From assembly GCA_000934665.2 (NCBI GenBank), contig JYFJ02003231.1, positions 1-44,749 of the forward strand: a stretch of DNA of 44,749 nucleotides. The letters are read 5' to 3'. Positions 11,399 to 24,300 of this stretch are shown in pieces. Under the pieces are notes generated by a model. The model saw only the letters and a list, made by a program, of their open reading frames with translations, searched no databases and was not told where the DNA came from. Position numbers and translations under genes: made by a program. This DNA comes from Catajapyx aquilonaris. Lineage: Eukaryota. Positions within the stretch are counted from its first letter, which is position 1; the number at the start of each line of letters is the position of its first letter.

Positions 11399-11537
11399 TC
11401 TTCGGCATAGTGAGCCGTAACCTTCTGAAGAAACTAACGAAATGCTCAACATACATGACCCTGAAGCAAATCGTAATGCGACCTTACTGCACCTGGAGAC
11501 ACAATTTGCAATGACGATGACAAACGAATTATGATCG

Positions 11538-11603
<66 letters not shown>

Positions 11604-11617
11604 GTAGTAGTAGTAGT
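11538..11617. repeat. Compound (TAA)n(TAG)n microsatellite
   Basis: Directly visible. It is the source of the spurious poly-I and poly-Y ORFs. Confidence 0.95.
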
Positions 11618-12703
11618 AATCCTCGCGCAGATGAAGTCCATCATTTTTGCAAAATCGCCGAGAAGTAACTGTCCTAAACTCAATTACAAGTGTCTCAAGC
11701 AACCGCATTCTATCGAGACTCCGCTGAAATGCATCCGACAAAAAATTCAATGTGAAGTCCCACGATTCTTTCTTATTCTCTAGGAGATGAAGCCATGATG
11801 TAGTTAATGCCAAACGTTGTTTGAAACATTTCTCAGAACGATAAACAGGAAGATAAAACGATAAAAGACGACTCGGCAAATCCCAACTTGAACTAGAAAA
11901 TAGTTCAATAGTAACGAAGTTATCATAGCAACATCGTTACTGATAGAACATAAGCAGCAAAATGTTGAGATACAGTACAGTCGGACCCGATCAGTAATCT
12001 CTTATCATCTTCACGTTGGATGGATCCACTAAGTGAAACTAACAACCGTTTGGCAAGGCGGACTCAGACGTCCCACTTTGAAGAAGAGGATCCGGAGCCC
12101 AGTCGGACTAAGTTGGGGACACAGGAGAGACAACCATCCAACCTGCCTTTTGCAGCTACAATGACTAAACTTACTATAGCGTTCTCTCTTGAGAGATCAA
12201 TGTTATTCTGGGACAAAGCTCTCATCTACTATATGGAGATTTTGAATCGCAACATCAAAATTGATCATCTGATATAACAGTTCTACTGCTGAAAATATCA
12301 TCACAAAGATCCGGATATTCCAATCCATACCTGATGAGCCACATCACATCACACGAATAGTTCATGCCCGCAAATTCACTTCCAGGATATTTCAAAAAGG
12401 CCGATAATGTGGATATGTATATCAGCATCAAAACATATCATTTTCATTATATTATATCACTGATACTTTGATTCATTTCACTCGAAGTTCAGTTGGGAGT
12501 CCAGTGACAAAAGCTCTGTTCATCCAATATAATCTACTGAAGGAAAAAAATAGAGGTGTGAGTAACTTGTTCAAATATTTGGGTTACTATGAATAGTTTG
12601 CGAAGAAGTTGTAACAGTAACTTAGTTATTATTAAGCCGAATGCTACTCTGTTAATTCTAGGAACTTTAAACAATGTAATAACGAAGGGCCCCAACACCA
12701 AAA

Positions 12704-13070
12704 GTGCAAATCTGCATTGTTGCGTCCGAGTCTATGGAGAACGTGATCCAGCCTTCAATGTGCCAGTTGCGCCCAGCTTTTCTGCACGCCGCGTTGCTAT
12801 GGCTGGTCGCAAACAACGATCTCCACAGTAATGTTACCATTGACGATCTGCGTCTTCAACGTATTCGAGTCGAGGACATCATGTTGACACCTCAGATAAT
12901 AAATGATAATAAATGATAAAAATAATCAAATAAAACAGGCAGGTAATTTACAAACAGCTAAAAGTCCTTATCACAAAGTTTAGGGCTATTGGGGAGAGTC
13001 TTATTTATCAGCACTTGCACCCTCATCCATACCCAGAATTGGAAAAGCTTATCACGATCTTCATTTGAAA
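12704..13070 (+). pseudogene. Helitron2/Helentron RepHel N-terminal (DUF6570-like) relic
   Basis: LRPAFLHAALLWLVANNDLHSNVTID resembles VRPxxhxxALxWLxxNNxLYxxhxhD. Downstream, frameshifted ESYLSALA-PHPYP..GKAYHD resembles the AFPxLFPxG motif. Confidence 0.6.
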
Positions 13071-13300
13071 GGTATGGTCATAAACATGGGATTTCTGTTG
13101 TCACAACCAACAGACATTCACCAAGAAGTCGATGAATATACGTGAGAAGTTATGCTGCTTGTCTTACAAGCAAAGTAACTTTTCTTACCCTCCTGGATTT
13201 AGATAATTTTTATAATTTTAATTCTGCTTGGCCTATAGTGTTGGGAAAACATCACCTCCGCTGCTAAATTCCACGTTAGCAGGGTGAAAATCCAGCCTAA

Positions 13301-13539
13301 AGGCCGCTTCACAAACTCGGCGTTGCGAAAGCGGGGCGAAATGCCCGTTTTACAAACCCGGATTTGCGCGAGCGGGGCGTGCGGAGAGCGGAAAATTTGC
13401 GAAGGGCTATTCACAAATGCTGCGTGCGATGACCGAGCGCGGGCGTTGCGCTGGCGTCCAATCGGGTGGACTTTCTGCGTGCGATGAGCGGAAGGCCCAC
13501 ACGCCACGCTTTCGCAACGCGGAGTTTGTGAAGCGGCCT
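13301..13539. mobile_element. PIF/Harbinger-type MITE
   Basis: TIR AGGCCGCTTCACAAACTC / GAGTTTGTGAAGCGGCCT with an exact TAA TSD (13298-13300, 13540-13542). Its removal restores the outer palindrome. Confidence 0.85.
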
Positions 13540-13542
13540 TAA

Positions 13543-14024
13543 AGGCGATGTTCCGTAAGCCTCAACACCAGCGTTCGGTCGCGAGGCGCTCGTCCCGGCT
13601 ACCCCGGTCGCGGTCGCCTTTCACCGCGTCTGTCCCGCGTTGCCACGAAGGAGAAGGGTCATCTCGCACGCTTTGCAGTCGAAGATTCAAATTCAGCCGC
13701 CAAAACCATCAAAGATGGCAGACCTTTGGCCTGCCTGTACCCTATTTACACCTCGTTGGCCTCTCTTCAAAATGGCCGCCACCGTTGGTCCCATCAAACA
13801 GAGACAGGCGAATCGAATGTTTGCGCCTCTTATGTAGTATTATGCCCCCTGTCCTGGCTCTCCATTATTATAATCGCCTTCGACTGCAAAGCGTGCGAGA
13901 TGACCCTTCTCCTTCGTAGGACCGGAGAGAGCTACAGACGCGGTGAAAGGCGACCGCGACCGGGGCAGCCGGGACGAGCGCCTCGCGACCGAAAGCTGGT
14001 GTTGTGGCTTACGGAACATCGCCT
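13543..14024. mobile_element. Inner Harbinger-like element with ~90-bp TIRs
   Basis: AGGCGATGTTCCGTAAGC...TCTGT / ACAGA...GCTTACGGAACATCGCCT, flanked by TAA on the left and TTA on the right. Confidence 0.6.
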
Positions 14025-14539
14025 TTAGGCTGGATTTTCACCCTGCTAACGTGGAATTTAGCAGCGGAGGTGATGTTTTCCCAACACTATAGGCCAAGCA
14101 GAATTTAAATTATAAAAATTATCAAAATCCAGGAGGGTAAGAAAAGTTACTTTGCTTGTTATATAAAACTCTCTTGCCTGTGTATGTGGTACTGATCTGA
14201 CTGTGTCGTCCGCCCTCGGAGACCCTCCTGCCCCCACAACCTCCACAGGAGCACGACAAGGGCGTCGCTAAGAGCACAAATATAATACAGTGTATTTCAA
14301 CCTAGCCAGAAAATGTCGAGCATCGTGCACTTGGAACGCGCCATCTTGGACAGGGGGAGGGGGGAGAGCTGCGTCGCCACCTCTATTTCCAAACAGGTCT
14401 ACTTGCCGTAAATTAAAGCCTATACTTATCCCCTTCCCTTTCCGAAGATAATGTGTATTATGTAATGGATGTAACACGACATTGTAGAGCCTCGTAACTG
14501 TCACCCACTACCGTCGCCTTTGATCCTAAATATGCTGCC

Positions 14540-14860
14540 TAGATGGTAAACTAAAAATTCAGGTGTGTACATTCCAGTAGGTTGGCAATGTGTTGCAAGT
14601 GAATTCGGTTTTGCCCCGTAAGAAATCGAGTTTACGGTGGATTTTAAAATGGAATGCATATTATTCCTCAGCGTCCACTACTGCATTGGATGCATATGTT
14701 TCCCCGAATTTTACTGCTCTAATTAACGCTTTTGTTCTAGACACTGAATTGACTAGGGAAGTAGCTTCATATCCACCTTAACCAAAAAGATTCATACATT
14801 CGATTCAGGAAGAAGGAGAGGTGTTAAATTATTTGTGGTCTACCCATCACCTACAAAATC
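14540..14860 (+). pseudogene. Possible degenerate Helentron Rep (HUH) region
   Basis: LDGKLKIQVCTFQ*VGNVLQVNSVL resembles GxhxxxxxxhEFQxRGxxHxH, and LDAYVSP...DTELTREVASY resembles IDxYIS...DxELxELVxxYQ. The catalytic His residues are lost. Confidence 0.4.
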
Positions 14861-15379
14861 TTAGTGATGGACATCATATTATGGGATTCCTTCCAACGGC
14901 GTGGAAAAAATATCTAGCCTTATCTTCGGTTTTACCCTTCCTCAACAAGAAATCTGTAAGTTGGGGAAATAGGGGTAGCTTTGAGCAGGGTTTTTTTTTG
15001 TAAGACTATTTTCATGGCATGGTTTACAACAATGTTCCTATGGCACTGTCTGTTTATTCGCATTTGTTTCCTAATAATTCGAAGGTATTGCATAGCTCTA
15101 ATTGTTAGATATAGCTCCCAACCACAAGTACCACCGTACATTACAGTACCTGACACCTTACTACAAGCTCAACTATTATCACAGTTTACAAAAAGGTTTT
15201 ATGTCAGCGACGGCAGTTCACAGAAAAGCCCCTAGCCCTTATTCACTCGTCGTTGGGTAACATTGAACTCTTCATGTTTCAAATGCTCGGGAAATATACA
15301 CAAAGACATCAAGAAACTCGTGCCCTCAATGGAAGTAGACACTGTGTCAGAGTTACGGCGACCCGACCATAAAGGCCCC

Positions 15380-15830
15380 GCGCCAATGTATCTCATCATC
15401 CACAATTATTCAAAGGCTAATCAAGAACAAGAATTTACATTTACTGTCCTCACAAAAGGAACTCCAATCAAACGATTAATAGAATTTACGTTAGAGAAAT
15501 TACATTTATATTTTAAAATGAAGCTGAGCCAAATAAGATCTGAAAAGCTGATAGTTCACAACAGTTGCCCCGGCATCAATACCGAACCATCCCGAACCAT
15601 CCCGAACCATCCAATACCGAGCCATCAACAACCGAAGTCCCGATCATGTACTCAGCGGAGACTTCAACGTCGACGTTACTACGAACACTTCACCTGTCTA
15701 CTTCATGAGCAGATAATTGAACTTTGCCTACGTACCCACCCACATCAGCGATCACGCTTGAAAACACTTGCATTGATCTTACATATACAGAAACCATTTC
15801 CGGAAATGAACCATGACCACGGACACCAAA
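15380..15830 (+). pseudogene. Best-preserved EEP endonuclease domain relic (Helentron-type)
   Basis: YLIIHN, VLTKGT, VLSGDFNVDV (GDFNVDV at 15657-15677), NTCIDLTY (15763-15786) and HDH appear across frameshifts. The listed ORF 15263-15859 switches frame relative to these motifs. Confidence 0.75.
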
Positions 15831-16573
15831 TGCGACGAAGAAACACCGATAAGAAATGATGACATGCAGACTATCCCGTGAGGACCTGAGGCGACCACCT
15901 AATCGGAAGTTACTTGTTAGTGTAAATGAGTTTTCCCAATCATTAGCGCCACCTGCCCAACCAGTAATTTCCTGTAAGAGGTAATAGCACCATTAAATGT
16001 CGACTGCTGGCAGACACTTAAGGATTCCAGTAACGACTGGCACATCACTGCACTATTATTATTAGGCCTATGATCATTAATTTCCATTACAGAACGATGC
16101 AATTGTATACCAATAGTGATTATGGCGCTTGAAGATGCTCTCCATTTGGCGACAGGATCATTGATTTGATTTCAACTTATCCAAAAGATGATATCATCAT
16201 CAAGGGGACGGGGCAGAAGCCACGCTGACAAAATGGGCATTGGTAGGACACATCCATTAAAGCCATCATTGCAATTCATACATCCACAAAATGCTTCTCA
16301 ATAGAATGAGACACCTCCGTGCATCTATCAGTAGGCGACTTTTTTAGGAGGTTATCAGGGAAAAGCAGCATAATTATCACCAAGTCATCTGCCGCCAAAT
16401 AATACTTCTGCAAAAATATAGTCATCATGCTGTTTGCTGTCATTAATAATGGTATTAATCCAGAAATGCCTACAACCATAAATTCATATGCATAAATTCC
16501 TAATTATATATATTTTCACTCCAAGGCAAGAGTATTAATTTTCAGTAGTGGAATATCATAATTGTTGCCGTAG

Positions 16574-17318
16574 AAGGTCACCTACTCGGTACGAACGCGC
16601 AAGATTTCCCATTCTCCCTCCGGCCGCCGAGGGAAGCGAAAGACCTCGAGCACCCGCCCCCGGCCCCGGCCAAGCCGTGCAGAGGTACCGGTAAGTGTGC
16701 TGTTCGGTCAAAGTTGTCGAAAAGGTATAAATGTATGTCCCAACCGCATTGTTTCAGCCCGGGATTCACGGACCGTCGCAGGCGTCGGCGACTCCGCCTT
16801 GCCGATGCTTCTCCGGCACCCGGCCGCGGCCATACCCTGGGTCAAGATGTGGCTACCGGCCAGAACGCCATAGCTGCCACCCCATCCTCCCCGCGCGGGC
16901 AGGTTGTACAAGCAGCCAATGGGCATCATCTGGCCCCCGCCCCGGGTCCGGGTCCATCCGTAGCCATCGCCCCTGCTCTCGGGTAGCACCATCAGCTGCC
17001 ATTGCTGGGTAGATACAGGTAAAGTGTGCTGTCCGGTCAAAGTGGCCGAAAAGGCATTATGTTCCAACCACATTGTTTCAGGCCTGCCTTTACGGTCCGT
17101 CGCCCTCGTCTGGGCCTGTCCCGTGCCGCTCCGGGCCCTGCCCCTGATGGTCAGGTTTTAGATACAGCCCCACAGGCAGCCAACCCCGCCTCTGGGGCCC
17201 GACACGGGTATGTGTGCTGTTCAAGCAAAGTGGTCCAAAAGGCGTAATTATGTTCCAATCGAATTGTTTCAGGCCTGGTAACGCGGCCCCGGACCCGGCG
17301 GCTGATGGCGGAGTATAG
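16574..17318 (+). pseudogene. Pro/Ala/Gly/Arg-rich spliced gene fragment (exons 16574-16690, 16758-17018, 17082-17207, 17273-17318) with one premature stop
   Basis: Three homologous GT-AG introns (67, 63 and 65 bp) separate exons of 117, 261 and 126 bp, all multiples of 3 and all phase 2. There is an in-frame TAG at 16984-16986. Confidence 0.6.
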
Positions 17319-17389
17319 GGATGGTCTGAATCCAAGTGTTTCTTTTGAGGGAATCTCAAATCGCTAATGTGCGGACCCTGCCATACCTG

Positions 17390-17770
17390 CATGTGGACAT
17401 TACGGAATACATTACCTACAGAAATATCATTATTGACGACATTCGCAACTCTGGCTTGGAAGAGAGCACGCTATGAGTGACAGAGCATAATATGGAGCGA
17501 CTTGCTCTGAAAAATGTTTCCTCTGATGTTAGTTGACCTAAAAAGGACGTGGAAGAAGACCAGGCAACGTCGGAACAAGACGGTGGGTGATGAGAATGGT
17601 CGCTACAAGAGAAACAAACAAGTCCGATAGATCACCGAGATAAGAAAGCAAACTGTGCTTGAAGACAAACATTTCGCCTGAGGATGACGGACTTTTGGGA
17701 GCCCAGAGAAGCTTCGGAGATGCGACAACCTTTCCTCCAGACGAAGACAGCCTTGCTCACCAACTAGAAT
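17390..17770 (+). repeat. Dispersed direct repeat, paralog of 34540-34945 (partial third copy ~18050-18115)
   Basis: Shared blocks such as TGTGCTTGAAG(A/G)CAAACATTTCGCCTGAGGATGACGGACTTTTG and CCTCCAGACGAAGACAG. Confidence 0.85.
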
Positions 17771-18559
17771 AGGCTACTAAACACACTTAATCAGGAGAAG
17801 ATGCTTTTTTAACCACAATTTTTGACTGTTATTGTCACTGGGTGTGCCAGCCCCAAGGCCGGGGTGAACCTTTTTGCTCTCTCCCTTGATGGCTCATATT
17901 CACGAAAGGCTGTTCAATCCGGACCACTTAGGCCATATTTTGGCTTGTAAAGCTCCAAATCCTGATACACACACACAAGATATCGAAGCAATGTTAAAAA
18001 CCAACATAATATAGGCATATGGCACCAAAGAAACTGACAAAACGACATGCTGATGAGGAGATGGACGAACCCTGCTCCAGGCAAAGACAGACTTACTCAT
18101 CAACCAGAATAGGCTGGAAATTGGAGGTAGCTTTTATAACTACTTTACCTACAGCATATCAGCATAAAACATAGGCATACATTTTATCGGCGACAGTTTG
18201 AACGAGTGACAAAGTGGATAACAAAGAGAGAAGACTGTCCTGTCCTATGTTTGGGGCGACATTATTTCTATCTCGGAGAGCGCCTATGGAAATTTTCCAT
18301 GCCCGTATATTGACAAACCGGGAGAGAGGACGAGTATACAAAGCGCGGGGCGGCTCATTGGCGTCAAATACGTGAATGTGCATGTGTCTCACGTCAGAAA
18401 GAGGCACCTGAAGAAATTATCTGACATTGAAAATATTCGTGAGGACTCAATTTTTCATCTGAACAACATCAAAACTGTCTAATTTCGCCGTACTTGCAAC
18501 GGCTGTGCAATATTACCTGCAGCCATACACATGCAGCTACTAGGCACAAATAAAGAGAC

Positions 18560-19110
18560 ATATGCTAAGAAATTAGCTAAATTACGTACATATTAAATTA
18601 CATATCAGAATTCATATCTTTCCCAGTAATCAATAGCTTGTAATGTAAGTAATAAAAATAAGTGCCTTAATGTGGTAATAGCCAAGGCGAATTACACAAA
18701 AAGTTACAAGAACACCCCAGAGTGTTACTTGAAATTGGTACAGAAAAGTAGAGATTGATACAATATATTCCATAAAGATCTCAAGAATATCACGTTCAAG
18801 TAATACCGAGATGAGTACAATACGAGTACCTTACCATTAGGCAAAAGGAAAGACTGGTTTATTATCTTCATGATTTTTACTCGTACCTAACAGTATTGAA
18901 TAAAGAGTCATCATAACACAACACTGCAAAATGATATAATTTTCCCAGCATTCATATAATTATGTATAAAGAATGTAATCAAATCCCCCCCAATTTGATC
19001 ATTTTGTTTTGATCGATACCTTGTGTTTCCAACCCGTACATAAAACGGCCATCTTGAATCCATTCACCTGGCAACCCATAGTCATTAGCCTACATGATAT
19101 TTTTGGTACC
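18560..19110 (+). pseudogene. EEP domain relic
   Basis: KETYA, FPVINS (18620), VEIDTIY, LHDFY (GDFN equivalent), LID and HS-H*P occur in order. Paralogous to 32890-33110. Confidence 0.5.
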
Positions 19111-20299
19111 GTGACCTTGGATTTCGTCCATTTTGCTTTCCGGCCAGTTGTAATTAAAATACGCACATAACAAAACAAGAGGTTCTGCCAGAAAAAAAGG
19201 TATCCGTCGACGAAGACATTGCCGGATCATCCCAGCTAGGCCTTCTGAAGGTCATCTCTTCCTTTGAGCTGGAAGAGCGCCGGGAATTAATTTGTTACCA
19301 CACCTCACCAACTGATATTTAATAATAATGTCTGTTAAAATCTTACATGTTCAGCCTCCTATGTCATCCACCGCATAGCTCTAGCTATACACTAGAATAA
19401 ACCAGATCCGGAGATGGATTATTAACCACAGTTTTAACATTCATATGATGCCGATGCATATTCCAGAGCCAATGCAAACGTTACATCACGATCTTTATAT
19501 TCAGGCTGGCCAAACCACGGCCACTGGCAACTCCGCCCGACACACCCAAGTGACATACTCAAATCCATTCTGGCCTCTTCTTTGCAGCCTGAGCCTGGTG
19601 GTGGAAAGTATGAAAATATGTCCTGGTGGGCAACCAGATCCCTTTTGTACATTCTGTAATGTTTGCAAGCAACTTCCACCTCTGACGTGTATATTTCATG
19701 TAAGTTAGCAATAATTATTCAGGAACGAAGAAAGAACTCACGGCTTTCCCAGCAATTCGTAACCAGTATTAGAATGAAGATGTACGCCATCATGTGCAAC
19801 AGTCATGAGGAACTGCGAAAAACAAGAACATCCCAGAGTGTTACTTCAAACTGGTAGAGAAAAGTGGAGATCCTTGGTCTGCCACATTAACCCATGTTAA
19901 CACCTCGACTGAGATGTTTGAACATCTGCTGGAAAAGGCCAGGTTACTTAAGCCTATGCTTACTTAAAGCTGTGCACTCGTCCAGTGCTAGGATATACTT
20001 TAGACTATACATTTTTAAGCAGTTTGCTTCACTTTGTGTCCTCATTTGCAAGTAGGTAGTGAGTATGAGTTTGCTTGTAGTTAGTGACTCGCAGGGAAAG
20101 TACCTGGACTGCAGTGAGAGGTGGAACTGGCAGATTGACCGTGTGTTCTTCTCTGTCGTCCAATTTGGTTCTATGATGCGCATTTTTGCACACCCTGTGC
20201 TTTGACAGGGGTGGGCAATAACATAAAACAATGCTTGCTTAATTGACACTGAAAAGGACCACCGAGATGGACATGACTGTGGTCCACCAATTTGTTATT

Positions 20300-21340
20300 T
20301 TGCAGAACACAAGAGTTAGAGATCACAGAGTTACATCTTATGAATCCGAAGGCCCACCGTAATCATATTCATACAGTACCATGCTGAATGCGAATAATTG
20401 TTTAATTTCAAGCAATAGCCCTGCTTCAGTAAGTCAACAAGCAACCATGACACCATAGAGTCTGATGTAGTTATTCTATTCTAGTAATTTCTGTTTACAA
20501 TGTATTGTTTCAATACATCTATTCCAATTATATCAGGCAATCATGCTTTTCTCATCCTATTTAATTCCATGGATTTATTATTGTACCTAATTTGCTTCCA
20601 ATGCTCAGTTCACAACCTCCTGTTCAATTCAGTTCACTTCAGTTCACCAGCCATGAATTAATTACTTCATAAATTGAATTGTACCTGTCACTGAATGCCA
20701 TAATTTATTCCATATTGAAATGTATTCAATGCTAGTGCTGCATGGCACACGTATTACATGCTTCCTCATCCTTCATTATGGCCATGTAAAGGTTGCCTTC
20801 ATATTATATGTATGATTGCATGTTACTGTTCTTCCTTGTCTTTATTTGAAACAGGTCCACCTTACACTTCACAATAATTAACTCATGAAGTGTGTGTGTA
20901 TTTTTTTTTTCTTGCAGGGTCAGATTATTTCATTACATATATGAACTGGAGCGGGCTCAGGGTCATTCCTGTTGTTCTCCTTTTGTCCTTCAGAACCTCT
21001 TGCCATCCTTCCGTACCATGTGAATCCCTTCTAATTCCTTCCCAACTTTCAATCAGACTCTCATCATGCTTTTTCTTGTTATCCCAGCAAGAATGGTTGT
21101 ATTATTTGTGTTCCCCCTACTTAAATATTATCATAGCTTTCAATATGACCTTCTTTTTTTGCAGTCAGTATCAAACCTAACTGGCCTTTCCTTTCCTTTC
21201 TGTTATTCGTTCTTATCCCCACTGCTGCCTCCTACATGCTTCTCTGAACCAATATCGCATTTAACAAGCTCTTCCTCCATATCTGAATTTTTCTTGATCC
21301 AGTTTCTGTTAAAACCCTCTGAGTCGGCACTTGCATGACT
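20300..21340 (-). mobile_element. Possible highly decayed LINE (RTE-X/L2-like) ORF2 relic
   Basis: Minus-strand PVRFDTDCKKRR resembles the PWFDxEC motif, and the segment has opposite purine skew to its neighbours. The evidence is weak. Confidence 0.3.
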
Positions 21341-24300
21341 AATTTTCATGCAGAGTAGTTAGTGAAAAAAGAATTCCAACTATACCTCACATACAAACAG
21401 AAAACTTTCAATACATTGCATAATACTACGAAGCCTTCTTGGTCCACGACATTCACATCGCAACCATATTATTATTGAAAAATATTAATTTTTATGTTTG
21501 AATATTGTTATTTATTGTTATGAGCCCGTCTGCGCTAGTTTCAAATGAATAGGCTCCATGTACCAACATGAAATAAAGGTCCGCGCGATATGCCCCCAGG
21601 TGGGGGCGAAAGCACATTACCCCCGCATTATTATTATATCACTTGTTTATGATAGACAAAAGAATTTGGCAAGCACTAATGTAAACACCCTCATGTATCT
21701 AGTAAATGAGAATTATAAGTGCAAGTGGTTGTGTCATTTCATACGTCAAAGAGCGAGTGGTCAACCTCTATCCATTTCACAATGGGACTATGGAGCCAAG
21801 TTGGTAACACTAGTCTTGTTTTATTTATATCAGTAGAGTAGGCAACGAGAGTCATTCAATACAAACCTACAGTACGTACAACAACCATATTATGATACTT
21901 TCAATTCGGATTATGAGGCTATTTCTTCACCAAAAGTTCAATCAGAGGTGAATTGCCTTAATACACCTGGGGACGCAATATGCAATGCTAACAACAAACG
22001 CCACTGTTTGCTTCTGAGTGTGCCTTGTCACATGTGCAATACCACACCAGGCACCCTGTTCAATTATTGGTCACTTTGCACTACTTGTGTACGGAGATGA
22101 ACACTTGAAAGCTATTAAATATTAGTAGGATTAATAAAGCACATTTCATTATATAGACAGGACGACGAGCGTAGCGAATTAGCCACATGATAAAAGTTAT
22201 TTCAACTGTGCCACACGACAGATACTTCCAAACCATTCATAGAATGTACTACAATGGTCAAAGATCAGCAGAAAGACGCAAACGGAGAGAGACACGAAAG
22301 CAAAAAACCAGACAGAAAATCGCAGAAAATACTGGTTTACGTCCACATTTTTTTTTTACTTGGGACATGTGGATTGAAAACAGTCTTCATAAACACAATA
22401 CTGCATACATACCATTTTCAAACAAGTTTTTATTATGATCGGAAATAATTTTAAAATAATATCCAAAGATATCAATCCTTCGCCGAGAAACATGATGGAA
22501 AGTAGCAACTGCCCAAAAAAACAATTCCAACTCTACCTCAAATACAAGCAGTAATACACAATCTAATACTGCCAGTACATTTCATAATAACTTCCCAGTT
22601 ATCCGCAGTTGTACAAGATAAGAAAAGAGACATCCTCTTCGAATTGTTCGGTGAGTGGTCAGAACATGATGACATCGACCACGAACCTCAAAAAGAAGAC
22701 TTGGAAAGAACGAAGGTAGATGAACGTATACCACCAAGCGCAATGTGTTTGCCAGAACATCCAGCGAAGAAAGACGAAAATGGACTGTTCCACCACACTA
22801 GCGAGCAATGAAGCACAGGTGGGTGAGGCTGGTAGCACTGCACCACTTTCCCTTGTCGGAAGTTCTTCACTAGAGGATGCCATTGGTGAGAAACTATCTC
22901 AGTCCTCATCCTATTATGTACCCATGACACCACCAAAGATGTCAGCTGCCCAGAAGCAAAGGTTTTCCGGGGACATCGGGTACGACAACCAGACATAGCG
23001 TACTACAGACCCATTCCTCACTACATCAAGCCCATTTACGTGACACAAAAGAGGAGGATAGAAGATTGGAGAGAAGGTGGCAAGAACATTCCCTAAGTAT
23101 TATGATCATACAATCATCACTCTACTTCGCATTTTTCTCCCACGGAACCCATTTCCGGGGATGAAGGGTTTGTCTATGGACACCAATTGCGACGATAAGG
23201 TCGTCCACGGCAGTGGAGAAACCTAAGGCGACCAACCAATCGGAAGTTACTTGTTAGTGTAAATGGAACATAAGTTTTCCCAATCAGCTTCACCTGCCCA
23301 ATGATCACGTTGCGAATTTCAAACGTGTTCTTCCTTAGGGCCAAAGACAACACATGGTAAAAAGCCAAGTTACAACGAATTATCAAAAGAACTCAAGTCT
23401 TTTCAGGACTCCATAAGAAATATGATTAAAAAATGAAAATGTTTGCCTTCATGTGCAACAGCATGAGGAATTATATATTTTAGTCTATCTCGGCTCAACA
23501 AACTCGACAATTCTACATGGACAATTGACAAAATATGACAAGTTAAGAGATAAGAAAATGATTACATCCGACGCATTTACAACAGACGGACATGAAAGCA
23601 TGTTGGACAGCTTGAAACGATAAAAGTACAAGTTACTACAAATGACGTGCCCGTCACAGTGGCACTCGTGGAAAACAAATTTTCTTCATATATTTGGGTT
23701 ACCATGAATAGAAGCGACGATGACAAAGTGGCCTATCTAAGGCAGGATGAGCCGAAAAATCAGTAAGTTAACTTCCTGCAAAGGGGGGTAATAGAGTCAT
23801 TAAATGTCAACACCATTAATTCCAGACACTTCACGCAATGTAATAACAATTGGCTCCTGCCCCTAGACCAACACAAAAATTTTAAAGTTATCTCTGTCCC
23901 TCGCTGCATCCCTGTCCTGTCTGCTAGTTTACGTATTTTGCGTTTATTCTGAGTAATTTATTAAAGGAGGGGAAATCCCACACAACAGTAAGAGCGGAAA
24001 ATGATAACATAACACGATGCGAGCTGATCTGCTCCATATAGTCTATTCACCACAGTAATTCAGGCATACCGACAGATACCACTGTCGAAGGAATGAGTAT
24101 GAAGAAGGAAGAATATCATCCAGCAACAAGTGCTGAATTAACTGGGTATTAAATTCGAGGAATTATACACAATAAAATGACCATCATTGCACTATTGTTA
24201 CATCATTATTAATATTTCAATACAGAGCGATTCTATCGTAATAAAAGCGAGAAGGGGTGGGTAAAGGGGGCACTATAGCCCCCAGTGTGTACATACGATA

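Larger units (their letters stand above)
13167..14158. mobile_element. TIR element with long arms and TTA TSD, host of nested MITEs
   Basis: Arms CAAGCAAAGTAACTTTTC... / ...GAAAAGTTACTTTGCTTG. TTA flanks both sides (13164-13166, 14159-14161). The ~134-bp outer arms continue into the inner arms. Confidence 0.85.

Noticed and set aside
11339..11879. ORFs with poly-Ile/poly-Tyr (similar poly-Tyr/Asn ORF at 40708-40989)
   Set aside because: Translations of microsatellites.
13199..14028. Several 65-123 aa ORFs
   Set aside because: They lie within GC-rich MITE sequence and show no domain signal.
16691..17272. CRISPR-like repeat/spacer array
   Set aside because: The context is eukaryotic, the repeats are 63-67 bp and diverged with GT-AG ends, the spacers are unequal (261 and 126 bp), and there are no cas genes. 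Introns explain it better.
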